The notes under the pieces are model-generated. The model did not search any database. It had not been told where the DNA came from and saw only the letters and a program-made list of their open reading frames with translations. A DNA stretch of 64,000 nt from an uncultured Gammaproteobacteria bacterium (GTDB lineage: Bacteria; Pseudomonadota; Gammaproteobacteria; JACCXJ01). Made by a program: the position numbers and the translations under genes. The DNA lies in NCBI GenBank assembly GCA_963764725.1, contig CAVXTM010000010.1, forward strand, positions 160,001 through 224,000, given 5' to 3'. Positions 23,394 through 34,492 of this stretch are shown here, one piece after another. Position 1 is the first letter of the stretch, and every line of letters starts with the position of its first letter.

Positions 23394-23839
23394 TGTTCGA
23401 CCTGCGCGCTTTGTATCAAGAGGTCATCATCGATCACAACCGGCATCCGCGTAACTGCCGCCGTTTGGACAGCGCCGATCGGATCGCGGAAGGCTACAAT
23501 CCCCTCTGCGGGGACCGGCTCACGGTGTACGTCAAGCTGCACGAGGGCGTCGTCGAGGATGTTAGTTTTGAAGGTAGCGGATGCGCAATCTCCGTAGCGT
23601 CGGCTTCGTTGATGACCGAGCATATCAAAGGCAAGACCGCACACGAGGTAGACCAGCTTGTCGCGCGCTTTCGCTCCATGGTTACGGACGCAACGCCTAC
23701 CGAAGCGGCGGCCCTTGGAAAGCTCGAAGTTCTTGCCGGGGTGCGCGAATTTCCGGCACGCGTCAAATGCGCGACCTTGGCCTGGCACACCCTCAAGTCG
23801 GCCTTGTCTAATGAGCATAGCACGGTGACTACCGAATAG
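23393..23839 (+). CDS. sufU: SUF system NifU-like protein
   Basis: LYQEVIIDH, NPLCGD, GCAIS, RVKCATLAWH. Confidence 0.93.
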   Translation: MFDLRALYQEVIIDHNRHPRNCRRLDSADRIAEGYNPLCGDRLTVYVKLHEGVVEDVSFEGSGCAISVASASLMTEHIKGKTAHEVDQLVARFRSMVTDATPTEAAALGKLEVLAGVREFPARVKCATLAWHTLKSALSNEHSTVTTE

Positions 23840-23845
23840 ACGCAG

Positions 23846-24400
23846 ATGTTTTACAGCAATGATTCCGTCACCCTGAGCCGCGACTGTCAGGCGATTCTCA
23901 TTCCAGCCGGTGATCCGGTGACATTGACGGCCGGGAGTGTCGTTTCCGTCACGCAAGCGCTCGGCGGCAGTTTTACGCTATACGCCGACGGAAACCTGGT
24001 GCGGATCGCGGGCCGTGACGCCGATGCAATCGGCTACGATGCTATTCCAGAACCCGTAGCGTCTCAGGAGGCCGCCACCGACGGGAGTGTCGATGAAGCG
24101 CTGATTTGGGCGCAATTGCGGACCTGTTACGATCCGGAGATCCCCGTCAACATCGTTGACCTGGGCTTGGTGTATGATTGCGGCATCACTCCGCTTGAGG
24201 GTGCCGGCAACCGCGTTGACATTCAGATGACGCTGACCGCACCGGGGTGTGGCATGGGCGAGGTGCTGGTGGAGGACATACGCCAAAAAATCGCCACCGT
24301 CCCAAATGTTAGCGAGGTCGATGTGGCGCTGGTTTTTGATCCGCCCTGGAGCTACGAAATGATGTCGGAGGCCGCCCGGTTGGAAACCGGGATGTACTGA
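23846..24400 (+). CDS. sufT: Fe-S assembly protein SufT (DUF59)
   Basis: TQALGGSFT, YDPEIPVNIVDLGLVY, TLTAPGCGMG, FDPPW. Confidence 0.92.
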   Translation: MFYSNDSVTLSRDCQAILIPAGDPVTLTAGSVVSVTQALGGSFTLYADGNLVRIAGRDADAIGYDAIPEPVASQEAATDGSVDEALIWAQLRTCYDPEIPVNIVDLGLVYDCGITPLEGAGNRVDIQMTLTAPGCGMGEVLVEDIRQKIATVPNVSEVDVALVFDPPWSYEMMSEAARLETGMY

Positions 24401-24406
24401 GAACTT

Positions 24407-24727
24407 GTGTCTACCTGGGTTGATGTGGCACCCGCGGACGAAGTGCCACCGGGCGATCGGCGTGTTGTCAATGTCGATGATACCTTGATCGCGGTTTTCA
24501 ATATTGACGGCGAGTACTTCGCGATTCAGGATCTCTGTACCCATGACGGGGCACCGCTTGCGGGGGGCATTCTAGACAGCGATCAGATCATTTGTCCGCG
24601 TCATGGTGCGCGGTTTTGCGTGAAGACCGGCGCGGCGCTCACCCCGCCCGCCTATGAACCCGTAAGTAGGTATCCCGTGCGCGTCCACGCGGGCGTCATC
24701 CAGGTTTACGGCGATCCCATCGCTTAG
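24407..24727 (+). CDS. Rieske-type ferredoxin
   Basis: CTHD...CPRHGARF. Confidence 0.9.
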   Translation: MSTWVDVAPADEVPPGDRRVVNVDDTLIAVFNIDGEYFAIQDLCTHDGAPLAGGILDSDQIICPRHGARFCVKTGAALTPPAYEPVSRYPVRVHAGVIQVYGDPIA

Positions 24728-24863
24728 CCGTCGAATGCTCGGCGCGGTAGAGCGCATGCTGAAATGTCGCAGAACAAAATAAAAGAGTTTAATAATGCAA
24801 AAACACACCTTATAATCTATAGTAACAGCGTGGAGTATCCTATTCTTTATCAAGGATCTGTTC

Positions 24864-25331
24864 ATGATTGTTGAACGTACTTTGTCGATTATCAAACCGG
24901 ACGCGGTCGCGAACAGGCATATCGGCGAAATCCTTGCCCGATTCGAAAAAAACGGTCTCACCGTGGTCGCGCTTAAGATGCTTACCGTGTCGCGGCAGCA
25001 GATCGAGCAGATCTATGGTATTCACGAAGGCCGGCCGTATTATCCGGACCTACTTCAGTTCATGGGCTCGGGGCCTTCGGTGGCAGTCGTGCTTGAGGGC
25101 GAAAACGCCATAGAAAAAAATCGCGCGATCATGGGCAATACCAACCCGGCGCTCGCCGCCCCGGGTACGATCCGGGCCGATTTCGGAACCGCCACGAATC
25201 GCAACGCGGTACACGGTTCGGACGGTCCGCGGACCGCCCGCGCCGAGATCGCAAGCGTATTCGGGTCCGAACAGTTTCAGCTATCCCCGCCGGTAGATGG
25301 TCAACAACGGTACCAATCTGCTCGGACTTGA
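24864..25331 (+). CDS. ndk: Nucleoside diphosphate kinase
   Basis: [27 protein letters not shown]. Confidence 0.95.
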   Translation: MIVERTLSIIKPDAVANRHIGEILARFEKNGLTVVALKMLTVSRQQIEQIYGIHEGRPYYPDLLQFMGSGPSVAVVLEGENAIEKNRAIMGNTNPALAAPGTIRADFGTATNRNAVHGSDGPRTARAEIASVFGSEQFQLSPPVDGQQRYQSART

Positions 25332-26394
25332 TCGCGGCGCCATGGAAGGCTTCTTCGCCGGGCTTGGCGAGAAGTCCTATCGCGCCGGGCAAGTGCTGAA
25401 ATGGCTGCACCAGTCGGGCACCGAGGATTTTGCGGCTATGACCAATTTGGCGAAGCCGCTACGGGCAAAACTACAAGACGTCGCCTCCATCGAATCACCC
25501 GCAATCGTGCGCGACCAGCAGTCGGCGGACGGGACCCGCAAGTGGCTACTGCGGTTGACTGGGGGGCATAGCATCGAGACCGTGTTTATTCCCGAGATGG
25601 ATCGTGGAACGCTGTGCGTGTCCTCGCAAGTGGGATGCGCCCTCGCTTGCAGCTTTTGCGCGACCGGTAAGCAGGGCTTCGATCGTAACCTGAGCCCCGC
25701 CGAGATCATCGGGCAGGTATGGGTCGCCGCCCGAACGCTGGGGCAGGTTCCAAAAGGTCCGCGGACCATCACCAACGTGGTGCTCATGGGGATGGGCGAA
25801 CCGCTTTTGAACTTCACCAACGTGGTCACGGCGATGCAGTTATTGATGGACGATTTTGCCTATGGGCTGTCGCGCTGGCGTATCACCTTGAGCACCGCCG
25901 GGTTGGCGCCAGCCATCGACCGCCTGAAATACGCCTGTCCGGTGAGCCTGGCGGTATCGTTGCACGCACCCAATGATGCGTTGCGGGATGAGCTCGTACC
26001 GATCAACAAGCGCTATCCGATCGACGATCTTTTGGCGGCTTGCCGCCGTTATGCCGACGCCACCGACAGCCGTATTACGTTTGAGTATGTGATGCTCGCC
26101 GGGATCAACGACTCGTCCGCCTGCGCGAGCGAGTTGACGCGGCGGTTACGAGGGATCCCCGCCAAAGTCAACCTTATTCCGTTTAATCCTGTTTCGGGCG
26201 TCGACTACCGGCGATCCTCGCAGGCGACGATCGACAAGTTTCGCGAACGGCTGCTCGATGCGGGGATCCTGGCCATTACGCGCAAGACCCGAGGCGAGGA
26301 TATCGAGGCGGCGTGCGGCCAGTTGGTCGGCCAGTTTATCCCGCGGGCCGCGAGGCACCGCCTGCTGGCCGCCGATCCTGGGGGAGGAGGCTGA
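25297..26394 (+). CDS. rlmN: 23S rRNA A2503 C2-methyltransferase
   Basis: [30 protein letters not shown]. Confidence 0.96.
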   Translation: MVNNGTNLLGLDRGAMEGFFAGLGEKSYRAGQVLKWLHQSGTEDFAAMTNLAKPLRAKLQDVASIESPAIVRDQQSADGTRKWLLRLTGGHSIETVFIPEMDRGTLCVSSQVGCALACSFCATGKQGFDRNLSPAEIIGQVWVAARTLGQVPKGPRTITNVVLMGMGEPLLNFTNVVTAMQLLMDDFAYGLSRWRITLSTAGLAPAIDRLKYACPVSLAVSLHAPNDALRDELVPINKRYPIDDLLAACRRYADATDSRITFEYVMLAGINDSSACASELTRRLRGIPAKVNLIPFNPVSGVDYRRSSQATIDKFRERLLDAGILAITRKTRGEDIEAACGQLVGQFIPRAARHRLLAADPGGGG

Positions 26395-26395
26395 T

Positions 26396-27163
26396 ATGAG
26401 CATACGCTGGTGGCTAAGGTTGTGCTGCGCAGCACTGGTACTCTCTGGCTGCGCCACGAGCACGCCCAAGACCGAGGAATCCGAGTCTACTACGCGCAGG
26501 AGGGCGGACAACTATGTTCAGCTTGGCATCGAGTATGCCAAGCAAGGGGACTACAATACTGCTGTTGCCAAGTTGCAGAAAGCCCTAGAAATCGAACCCG
26601 ACTTCGCGGACGCGCATCATGTCATCGCTATGGTTTATAACCGGACCGGTGATAAAGAGCAGGCGGAACAAAATTTCAAACGTGCGCTGGAACTTGATCC
26701 GAAAGATCCGCAAACGCTCAACGACTACGGTTTGTTTTTATGTGCCGAGGGCAAGCATCAGGCAGCGGATGAGCTGTTTGCGCGCGCACTGGCGAACCCC
26801 TCATACGCGACGCCCGAGATCGCGCGCGCCAACGCGGGAGTGTGCGCTGCCCGGGCGCAAAACTATCCCAAGGCCGAGAAGTATTTGCGCGCCGCGTTGT
26901 CTGACAACCCAAAATTACCGACGGCGCTTCTGGAGATGGCGGACATCAGCTTTCGCCTCAACCGCTATCTACCAGCACGGGGTTACTTACAACGCTATCT
27001 GGAGAACGCGCGGCACACCGCGCGCAGTCTGTGGCTCGGGATCCGCATTGAACGTCAACTCGGCGACCGGGATGCGGCCGCCAGTTACGCGTTAGCCTTA
27101 GAATCCAAGTATCCCGATTCCGAAGAAGCTCGTTTGTTCCTAGAAACGGAGGGTCGACGATGA
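26396..27163 (+). CDS. pilW: Type IV pilus biogenesis/stability lipoprotein (PilW/PilF)
   Basis: Lipobox LSGC, TPR repeats, LNDYGLFLC, SLWLGIRIE; position after rlmN. Confidence 0.9.
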   Translation: MSIRWWLRLCCAALVLSGCATSTPKTEESESTTRRRADNYVQLGIEYAKQGDYNTAVAKLQKALEIEPDFADAHHVIAMVYNRTGDKEQAEQNFKRALELDPKDPQTLNDYGLFLCAEGKHQAADELFARALANPSYATPEIARANAGVCAARAQNYPKAEKYLRAALSDNPKLPTALLEMADISFRLNRYLPARGYLQRYLENARHTARSLWLGIRIERQLGDRDAAASYALALESKYPDSEEARLFLETEGRR

Positions 27164-28053
27164 CAGGACCACAACCAAACAACGCGCCGGATAGCCTGAC
27201 TACCGGCAAAAAATTACGACATGCCCGCGAGGCGTTACAGCTAAGCACGGGGGCGATCGCGCACCAGCTTCGTCTCAAACTCGACATCATCGAGGCGATC
27301 GAGGCTGACCGCTGCGACCGCCTTCCGCGGGTCTATTTGAGAGGGCATATCAAGAACTACGCGCACATAGTGGGACTGGATCCCGCGGAGCTTTTCGATG
27401 CTGGCAGTGAGATCGCATCCATTCCCATCGATTTTCAACCCTGTGCTAGTGTTCCGAAATCCCTGCCCTCGACCGGAACACAGGATTACCTAAAGTTCGC
27501 CACCTATCTCATTGTCGGAACACTGGGTGTGCTCATGGCCGCCTCGTGGCGGACCCAAGACGCCGACACACCTTTACTGCAGGAAAGCGCTGTCATCACA
27601 AACATGCCCAGTGCCGAGCTGGCGCCCGAGCTCGCTCTACCGGCGGCGCAGACCAAAGTGACGGCCGAGGTGGCTGTCCCCGCTGAAACACCGCGTCTAA
27701 GCGTCGAGCCTCTGGCGGCAGCGATCGCGCCTCCCGAAGCACCGGTTTATCCGGTAATAGTTACGCCGCTGGAAGACATCGCTCGCGCAGCCACGGAAGA
27801 GCTGCATCGTCTGGTATTCGAGCTATCAGGGGACTCCTGGACTGAAGTCAAGGACGCCGAAGGCGTGAAGCTCTATTCCAAACTTGCAACCGAAGGGCAA
27901 ACCATACGCCTGGGGGGGCGTGCGCCCTTTAGCGTGGTGCTCGGAAACGCGCCGCGCGTGGCGGTGTTTTATAACGGTAGACTGCTTGATATAACGCCTT
28001 GGTCACGCGGAGGCGTGGCACGGTTTAAGGTAGGCGCCGGCGAGCCCCGGTAA
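27160..28053 (+). CDS. rodZ: Cytoskeleton protein RodZ
   Basis: N-terminal HTH, YLRGHIKNYA, TM helix, DSWTEVKDA...VVLGNA. Confidence 0.85.
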   Translation: MTGPQPNNAPDSLTTGKKLRHAREALQLSTGAIAHQLRLKLDIIEAIEADRCDRLPRVYLRGHIKNYAHIVGLDPAELFDAGSEIASIPIDFQPCASVPKSLPSTGTQDYLKFATYLIVGTLGVLMAASWRTQDADTPLLQESAVITNMPSAELAPELALPAAQTKVTAEVAVPAETPRLSVEPLAAAIAPPEAPVYPVIVTPLEDIARAATEELHRLVFELSGDSWTEVKDAEGVKLYSKLATEGQTIRLGGRAPFSVVLGNAPRVAVFYNGRLLDITPWSRGGVARFKVGAGEPR

Positions 28054-28186
28054 GCGCTCGGGTTTCACTTAACCTGGCGGTTAACATCGCCTGCGCGAAG
28101 CGCGGGCGGGGAGGGCCGATGTCGTCGCCTGCAACTCAAGCGTGGGCGTTCGATCCAATCCTAAAGAGCTCCCCAGAAAAAACCCG

Positions 28187-29485
28187 TTGACTGAGCAGAT
28201 GAAAGCCGTGCGGGGCATGAAGGACATCCTGCCCACCGATGCCGTGCGTTGGCGGTATCTGGAGGAAACCGTACGCGCCGTGCTCACAAGCTACGGCTAT
28301 GAAGAGATCCGTCTACCGATCGTCGAGCACACCGCTCTCTTCCGGCGCTCGATTGGTGAGGACACGGACATCGTCGAAAAAGAAATGTATACCTTCGCGG
28401 ATCGCAACGGGGATAGCCTCAGCTTGCGGCCCGAGGGGACCGCGAGCTGCGTACGCGCGGGGCTTGAGCATGGTCTCTTTCATAACCAGATCCAGCGTCT
28501 CTGGTATGCTGGCCCGATGTTTCGCCACGAGCGTCCGCAAAAGGGGCGCTACCGCCAGTTTCACCAGGTCGGTGCCGAAGCTTACGGCATGCTGGGCCCG
28601 GATATCGACGCCGAGATCATCTGCCTCGGTGCGCGCCTGTGGCGGAAGCTCGGGCTCGCGGACATCCGGCTCGAGATCAATACCTTGGGTGATCGCGAGG
28701 CGCGGACAAGCTACCGGCAAGCCCTGTTCGATTACTTTTCCCCGCACGTGGATGAAATCGACGAAGACAGCAAGAACAGACTCCGCGGAAACCCTCTGCG
28801 CTTGCTCGACAGCAAACATCCCGCGATGCAGGATCTTATCGGCCGGGCGCCTAGCTTGATCGGCTACCTTAATTCCGAATCCGAACACCATTTCACCGAG
28901 CTCCGTGGTTTACTCGACGCCGTCGGTATCCAATACAGCGTGAATCCGCGCCTGGTGCGCGGGCTCGATTACTACAACCGGACGGTGTTCGAATGGGTCA
29001 CGCAGCGCCTCGGCGCGCAGGGTACGATTTGCGCCGGAGGACGTTATGATGGCCTGGTGGAAGAGTTTGGCGGCCGCCCTACGCCGGCAATCGGATTTGC
29101 GCTTGGCCTCGAACGCATCGTGGCGTTACTCGAACAAGAGGCCACGCCGGAGGCCGCGCGGCCACATGTCTATCTGATTGCCGTGGGAGAGGAGGCAGCC
29201 GCGGCGGCCTTGCGACTTGCGGAATCCGTGCGGGAAGCCTGGCCCGGGCTGCAGCTGATCGCCAACTGCGGCGGCGGTAGCTTTAAGAGCCAGTTTCGGC
29301 GTGCCGGCAAGAGCCAGGCGCATGTCGCCCTGATCCTAGGGGCGGAAGAAGTCCGCCAGTGCACCGTCGGGATCAAAGCTTTGGAGAAAGAAGGCGAACA
29401 AGTGACAGTTGCGCAACGAGATCTTCAAGGTTGCTTAGGGGAACTTCTGGCGCGGCGTGGTATCGTAGTCGGGCCGGTAAATTAG
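28187..29485 (+). CDS. hisS: Histidine--tRNA ligase
   Basis: [47 protein letters not shown]. Confidence 0.97.
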   Translation: MTEQMKAVRGMKDILPTDAVRWRYLEETVRAVLTSYGYEEIRLPIVEHTALFRRSIGEDTDIVEKEMYTFADRNGDSLSLRPEGTASCVRAGLEHGLFHNQIQRLWYAGPMFRHERPQKGRYRQFHQVGAEAYGMLGPDIDAEIICLGARLWRKLGLADIRLEINTLGDREARTSYRQALFDYFSPHVDEIDEDSKNRLRGNPLRLLDSKHPAMQDLIGRAPSLIGYLNSESEHHFTELRGLLDAVGIQYSVNPRLVRGLDYYNRTVFEWVTQRLGAQGTICAGGRYDGLVEEFGGRPTPAIGFALGLERIVALLEQEATPEAARPHVYLIAVGEEAAAAALRLAESVREAWPGLQLIANCGGGSFKSQFRRAGKSQAHVALILGAEEVRQCTVGIKALEKEGEQVTVAQRDLQGCLGELLARRGIVVGPVN

Positions 29486-29518
29486 GCCTGCTGGCACGAT
29501 CGCATCATCAACCTGGCC

Positions 29519-30178
29519 GTGGAGATCGACGTGGACCCCTACGCATCCGAAAAAGAACAGATTGAGCTTATCAAAGATTGGTGGAAGAGGAACGGAAAGC
29601 CGATCATCGGCGGTCTTTGCATCGGTCTGGGAGCAGTCTACGGGTGGCGGGCCTGGCAGTCTCAGGTGAACACGCGAGCGGATGAGGCTTCAGTGGAATA
29701 CGAAGAGTTGTTAACCCACGTTGCCGAGCATCGGACCGAATCCGCCAACCGTGCCGCGCACAGGCTCATCGAGAGCCACCAGGACAGCCAATACGCGGCG
29801 TTTGCCGCGCTCATGCTGGCCCGCTTAGCGGTCGAGGCCGGTGACGTCGCCAAGGCGAGGGACCATCTGCGGTGGGTGTTGGATCACGCCGGGAAGACCG
29901 AGTTGGAGCGAATAGCGCGTTCGCGCTTAGCGCGCCTTTACCTCGAGGAGGGAAAAGGCGCCCAGGCGGCAAGTGTGTTGGAAGGGCGGGGTAGGGCAGC
30001 CGATTCGGTCCTCCATAAGGAGGCTGAAGGCGATATCCTTCTTGCTCAAGGCAAGATTGAAGCGGCGCGCAAAGCCTATCAAGAGGCGCTGGCGGCCGCT
30101 GGCACCGTGGGTTCGGACCCGTCGTTAGTGCAAATGAAGCTCGATGAGATCGGTGAAGCCGAGGCGTCGCGGCCTTAA
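29519..30178 (+). CDS. yfgM: Ancillary SecYEG subunit / TPR protein YfgM
   Basis: SEKEQIELIKDWWKRNG, TM helix, TPR region; synteny. Confidence 0.85.
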   Translation: MEIDVDPYASEKEQIELIKDWWKRNGKPIIGGLCIGLGAVYGWRAWQSQVNTRADEASVEYEELLTHVAEHRTESANRAAHRLIESHQDSQYAAFAALMLARLAVEAGDVAKARDHLRWVLDHAGKTELERIARSRLARLYLEEGKGAQAASVLEGRGRAADSVLHKEAEGDILLAQGKIEAARKAYQEALAAAGTVGSDPSLVQMKLDEIGEAEASRP

Positions 30179-31343
30179 GAGCTTGCTGGTTGCCGGCGTG
30201 ATCGCGTTCCAGTTGCATGGGTGCGGGCTCGGGACCTATGTTTCCGACTTCATGGCCGGTGAGGAGAATACCACGCCTCCCGCGCCCTTGACCGAATTCG
30301 AGCCGACTACCGAGGTCGAGGAACTCTGGTCGGTCGATATCGGAGCAGGGACCGACGAACACTATCTTAAGCTTGCCCCCGCGCTCGCAGGCGAAACGGT
30401 CTTCATTGCCGATCGCGACGGCGAGGTCTATGCGGTCGATATCAATAGCGGCGATACGCTGTGGGAGCAGGATATCGGCGTGCCGGTATCGGGGGGGCCC
30501 GGGATTGCCGAGGAGATGGTCTTGCTAGGGACCCAGGACGGTGAGGTGCTGGCCCTATCGCGATCGGACGGGGCGCTGGTTTGGACCGCTTCGGTATCGA
30601 GCGAAGTGTTATCTCCTCCGGCCGGGGAGGAAGGTATCGTTGTCGTTCGCACCGTGGACGGAAAGCTATTCGGCATCGACGCAGCCAACGGGAAGCGGCT
30701 GTGGACCTACGATCGGCAAGTGCCGGTTCTGACGCTACGCGGGACCAGCGCCCCGATAGTGGTGGCGGGGCTCTGCATCGCCGGCTTCGACAGCGGCGCG
30801 CTGGTTGCTCTCGAGATCGCTACCGGTAAGGTCGCCTGGGAGATACAGATCGCCCAGCCGCGAGGCCGATCCGACCTCGAACGCATGGTCGATGTGGATG
30901 CCGATCTGCTGGTTTTCCGCGATACGCTCTACGTAGCCACCTACCGCGGACGGGTGGCCGCGGTATCGATCGAGAGCGGCCGCGTCGAGTGGGACCAGGA
31001 GCATTCTTCGTATGCCGGAATGGGGGTGGACGCCGATAACCTCTACCTCTCCGATGACGAGAGCATCGTGTGGGCGCTCGATCGCTTCTCCGGTAGCTCC
31101 GTATGGCGGCAGAAAAAATTGCGCGGCCGCGCGGCGACAGCGCCGGCTAGTGCCGGGGACTATGTCGTGGTCGGTGATTTGGAAGGATACCTGCACTGGA
31201 TGCGGAGCGACACCGGCAGGCTCGCCGCCAGGGTACAAGTTGACGATGCGGCGATCATCGTGCCCCCGTTGGTAGTCAACGCCGCCACTGTCATTGCGTA
31301 TAGTTCCTCCGGCACCTTGAGCGCCTATCGCGCCGGCGAGTAA
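30144..31343 (+). CDS. bamB: Outer membrane protein assembly factor BamB
   Basis: Lipobox LHGC, beta-propeller repeats, LTLRGTSAP, ERMVDVD, GDLEGYLHW. Confidence 0.92.
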   Translation: MRSVKPRRRGLKSLLVAGVIAFQLHGCGLGTYVSDFMAGEENTTPPAPLTEFEPTTEVEELWSVDIGAGTDEHYLKLAPALAGETVFIADRDGEVYAVDINSGDTLWEQDIGVPVSGGPGIAEEMVLLGTQDGEVLALSRSDGALVWTASVSSEVLSPPAGEEGIVVVRTVDGKLFGIDAANGKRLWTYDRQVPVLTLRGTSAPIVVAGLCIAGFDSGALVALEIATGKVAWEIQIAQPRGRSDLERMVDVDADLLVFRDTLYVATYRGRVAAVSIESGRVEWDQEHSSYAGMGVDADNLYLSDDESIVWALDRFSGSSVWRQKKLRGRAATAPASAGDYVVVGDLEGYLHWMRSDTGRLAARVQVDDAAIIVPPLVVNAATVIAYSSSGTLSAYRAGE

Positions 31344-32744
31344 ATGAGACCGGTCATCGTCATCATGGGCCGTCCCAACGTGGGCAAATCCACGTTGTTT
31401 AACCGCCTCACACGTAGCCGCGACGCACTGGTCGCGGATACCCCTGGGCTGACGCGCGATCGGATCTACGGGGCTGCGATCCACCGGGGCCGCGCCTACC
31501 TGGCGGTCGATACGGGCGGACTTCGCGACGATCCGAGCGGCCTCGGCGGGCTCGTCACCGAACAATCGTTGCGCGCCGTACAAGAGGCCGATCTGGTCTT
31601 GTTCGTGGTCGATGCCCGGGAAGGACTGACCGGCCCCGACGAGTCGATCGCGCGCCGCTTACGATCGCTCGGACGGCCGATCCGGGTCGTGGTCAATAAA
31701 GCCGAGGCCATCGAGGATGACAGCGCCATCGCGGAGTTTCATAGCTTGGGGCTCGGCCAGCCGGTTGCGGTATCGAGCGCCCACGGCCAAGGGATGGACA
31801 CATTGCTCGATCTCGCCTTCGAGGCCTTACCGCGGGCCGAGACGGCCGTCGATGACGACGGTCCGCATTTACCAGGGATTAAGATCGCCGTGGTGGGCCG
31901 GCCCAACGTGGGCAAATCGACGCTGGTCAACCGCATCCTCGGTGAGGAACGGGTGCTGGTCTACGATCAACCGGGCACGACCCGCGACAGCGTCTTCGCC
32001 CCTTTCCGGCGCCACCAAAAAGACTACGTTCTCATCGACACGGCAGGGATCCGCCGCCGCGCCAGGGTCTCCGAAGCGATCGAGCAGTTCAGCGTCATCA
32101 AGACGCTGCGGGCTATAGAGCGCGCGCATGTCGTCGTTTTGGTCATTGACGCCACGGAGTCGGTCACGGAGCAAGACGCCGCGCTGCTCGGCATGATTGT
32201 CGACAGCGGCCGCGGCCTAGTGATCGCGATCAATAAATGGGACGGACTCGGCCCCGACCAACGCGCGCACATTCAAAAGGAAGCCGATCGCCGTTTGCGG
32301 TTTCTCGACTATGCGGTGATCCACACTATCTCGGCGCGGCACGGCAGCGGTGTCGGCAATCTCTTCGCCTCTATCGACGAGGCTTACGCTTCGGCGTTCA
32401 TCGATGTGCCTCCGGCCACGTTAACGCGCATCGTCGAGCAAGCCGTCGCGCTCAATCCACCCCCTTTAATCCACGGGCGGCGCATCAAGTTGCGCTACGC
32501 ACACTTGGGCGGCCACAACCCCCCCCGGATCCTTATCCACGGCAATGGCGGCGAGCATGTGCCGTCTTCTTACCGGCGTTATCTGGAGCGTTCGATTCGC
32601 GAGGCGCTGGGGCTTCAAGGTACACCGCTTCGCATCGAGTTTCGCCAAGGCGATAACCCGTTTAAGAGTAGGCACAATCCGCTCACGCGCCGCCAGACGC
32701 TCAAGCGCAAACGGCTGCTCCGCCACGTCCGATCGCATGCATGA
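31344..32744 (+). CDS. der: Ribosome biogenesis GTPase Der
   Basis: Two GRPNVGKST motifs, DTGG and DTAG. Confidence 0.97.
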   Translation: MRPVIVIMGRPNVGKSTLFNRLTRSRDALVADTPGLTRDRIYGAAIHRGRAYLAVDTGGLRDDPSGLGGLVTEQSLRAVQEADLVLFVVDAREGLTGPDESIARRLRSLGRPIRVVVNKAEAIEDDSAIAEFHSLGLGQPVAVSSAHGQGMDTLLDLAFEALPRAETAVDDDGPHLPGIKIAVVGRPNVGKSTLVNRILGEERVLVYDQPGTTRDSVFAPFRRHQKDYVLIDTAGIRRRARVSEAIEQFSVIKTLRAIERAHVVVLVIDATESVTEQDAALLGMIVDSGRGLVIAINKWDGLGPDQRAHIQKEADRRLRFLDYAVIHTISARHGSGVGNLFASIDEAYASAFIDVPPATLTRIVEQAVALNPPPLIHGRRIKLRYAHLGGHNPPRILIHGNGGEHVPSSYRRYLERSIREALGLQGTPLRIEFRQGDNPFKSRHNPLTRRQTLKRKRLLRHVRSHA

Positions 32745-33000
32745 CGGCCTCATTGAGCGCGCCCGTGCGATCCGGATGGTGACACCGTGCCGCCGTACTT
32801 TGCCACTCGCGGCAATCGCTTATGTCGGCGATGACGTGAACGATCTCGGGGCCATGTCGCTGGCCGGCCTATACGCCTGCCCGGCAGATCCTCTACCCGA
32901 GGTCAAAATCCGCGCGGATTTTATTTGCACCCAAACGGGCGGTCACGGGGCTCTTCGGGAATTCGCCGAGTTCATTCTCGCCGCGCAATTCAATCCTTAG
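32737..33000 (+). pseudogene. kdsC: KdsC (Kdo-8-phosphate phosphatase) with a large internal deletion
   Basis: N-terminal LIERARAIRMV joined to C-terminal AYVGDDVNDL...GGHGALREFAEFIL; the catalytic DxDG motif and middle are absent. Confidence 0.75.
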
Positions 33001-33628
33001 CGGCGCCGTTTTTGTCGAACACGTAAATCCAGTCGCGGCCCGCGCAAACCTCCGCGGTATGCCGAAGGTAGGGCCGATAGGGTGCGAAAAGCGCTTCCAG
33101 GCTGGTCGCGTTGAAGCGGAAGCTCCCATCGTTGAGCCCATCGACGCACGTGCCCCATGAGCAGATGGCTTTCGGCAACGCATATTTCGACTGACTGAAG
33201 CTCTTCACCGACTCCGAAACGATCAAGCGCTCAGTGGCCGCCGCAAATAAATTCCCGACCACTTCTTCCACTTTCGGGTGGAACTGAAACAGGCTCACCT
33301 GGCAGATCACGATCTGCGATACCGGAAGCGGTTCCGCCATCAAATTGAAGCGCCGGAGGTTCCGGCCCCGGCGGCTACCCGCTTTGATAAAGGCCGTGCT
33401 TTCATCGAGGCCGCGATAACTTACGGAGGCCGGTAGAAAGGTGCTCAGCGATCCGTCGCCGCAGCAGACATCGAGCACCTCCGCGTCCCGCGGGACCCAG
33501 CGCGCCACCTCCTCGAAGCGCTCGCGCCGGTGGACGTGGTAAACCATGGTCATCAATCCGTGGTAGAGAAGGCTGCTCTTATAGAGGAAGGTCATGGCAG
33601 TGCTCGATTGTTGTCGTTTGGCCGTCAT
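32990..33628 (-). CDS. Class I SAM-dependent methyltransferase domain protein; start uncertain
   Basis: VLDVCCGDG SAM-binding motif. Confidence 0.75.
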   Translation of the reverse strand: MTAKRQQSSTAMTFLYKSSLLYHGLMTMVYHVHRRERFEEVARWVPRDAEVLDVCCGDGSLSTFLPASVSYRGLDESTAFIKAGSRRGRNLRRFNLMAEPLPVSQIVICQVSLFQFHPKVEEVVGNLFAAATERLIVSESVKSFSQSKYALPKAICSWGTCVDGLNDGSFRFNATSLEALFAPYRPYLRHTAEVCAGRDWIYVFDKNGAAKD

Positions 33629-33856
33629 ACTACCGTGCTCGGCGCGCAACGACAAATCTTCTAGCGCAAAATGCAGGAATCGCCACAAGTGCGGGACGCT
33701 AGCATTACCCGTTGCGTAATGCCACGGAAATTCCTATCCTTCGACCTAACCGGTAGGAGCGCCGATGTGGGTTCCGGGAATGAGTGCAGATCCTCGATAA
33801 GACCGCCGCTTTCCGCCGTGTACTTTTTATCCATTGCTTTAGCGAAGGAAACCTTA

Positions 33857-34492
33857 ATGATCCGTATCTCCCGATCCGTCATTCGCGTCATGCTGTCGCT
33901 GTTCGTCATGGCTGCCCATGCCGAGCAGCCACCAACCGCATCCGTTCAATCCGAAGCGGCGGAAAAAACTTCACCCTCTTCCTGTATACCTATGAAGGCT
34001 AAACCCATGGTCAAGCTCCACACCAATCACGGCCTCATCGTCATTGCGCTCGATGCGGAGAAAGCCCCGATATCCGCGGAAAATTTTCTCGAATACGTCG
34101 CAAGCGGCCATTACAACGGTACAATCTTTCACCGTGTCATCGGCAACTTCATGATCCAGGGCGGGGGCTTCACCGAAGACATGTCGGAAAAGTCGGCCAG
34201 GGCGCCGATCCAGAACGAGGCCAAGAACGGTCTCAAGAACGATCCATACACCCTCGCCATGGCCCGCACCTCCGATCCGCACTCCGCTTCGTCGCAGTTC
34301 TTCATCAATGTCGGGAACAACGCTTTCCTCAACTATCCGGGGCAGGACGGCTGGGGTTACGCAGTCTTCGGCAAGGTAATCGAGGGCATGGATGTGGTGG
34401 ATAAGATCAAGACGGTGCCAACCGGCGACAAGGCGGGCCACCAAGACGTGCCGACCGATCCGGTCATCATCGAAAAGGCCGAGTGCGCGTGA
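33857..34492 (+). CDS. Cyclophilin-type peptidyl-prolyl cis-trans isomerase with signal peptide
   Basis: [40 protein letters not shown]. Confidence 0.93.
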   Translation: MIRISRSVIRVMLSLFVMAAHAEQPPTASVQSEAAEKTSPSSCIPMKAKPMVKLHTNHGLIVIALDAEKAPISAENFLEYVASGHYNGTIFHRVIGNFMIQGGGFTEDMSEKSARAPIQNEAKNGLKNDPYTLAMARTSDPHSASSQFFINVGNNAFLNYPGQDGWGYAVFGKVIEGMDVVDKIKTVPTGDKAGHQDVPTDPVIIEKAECA

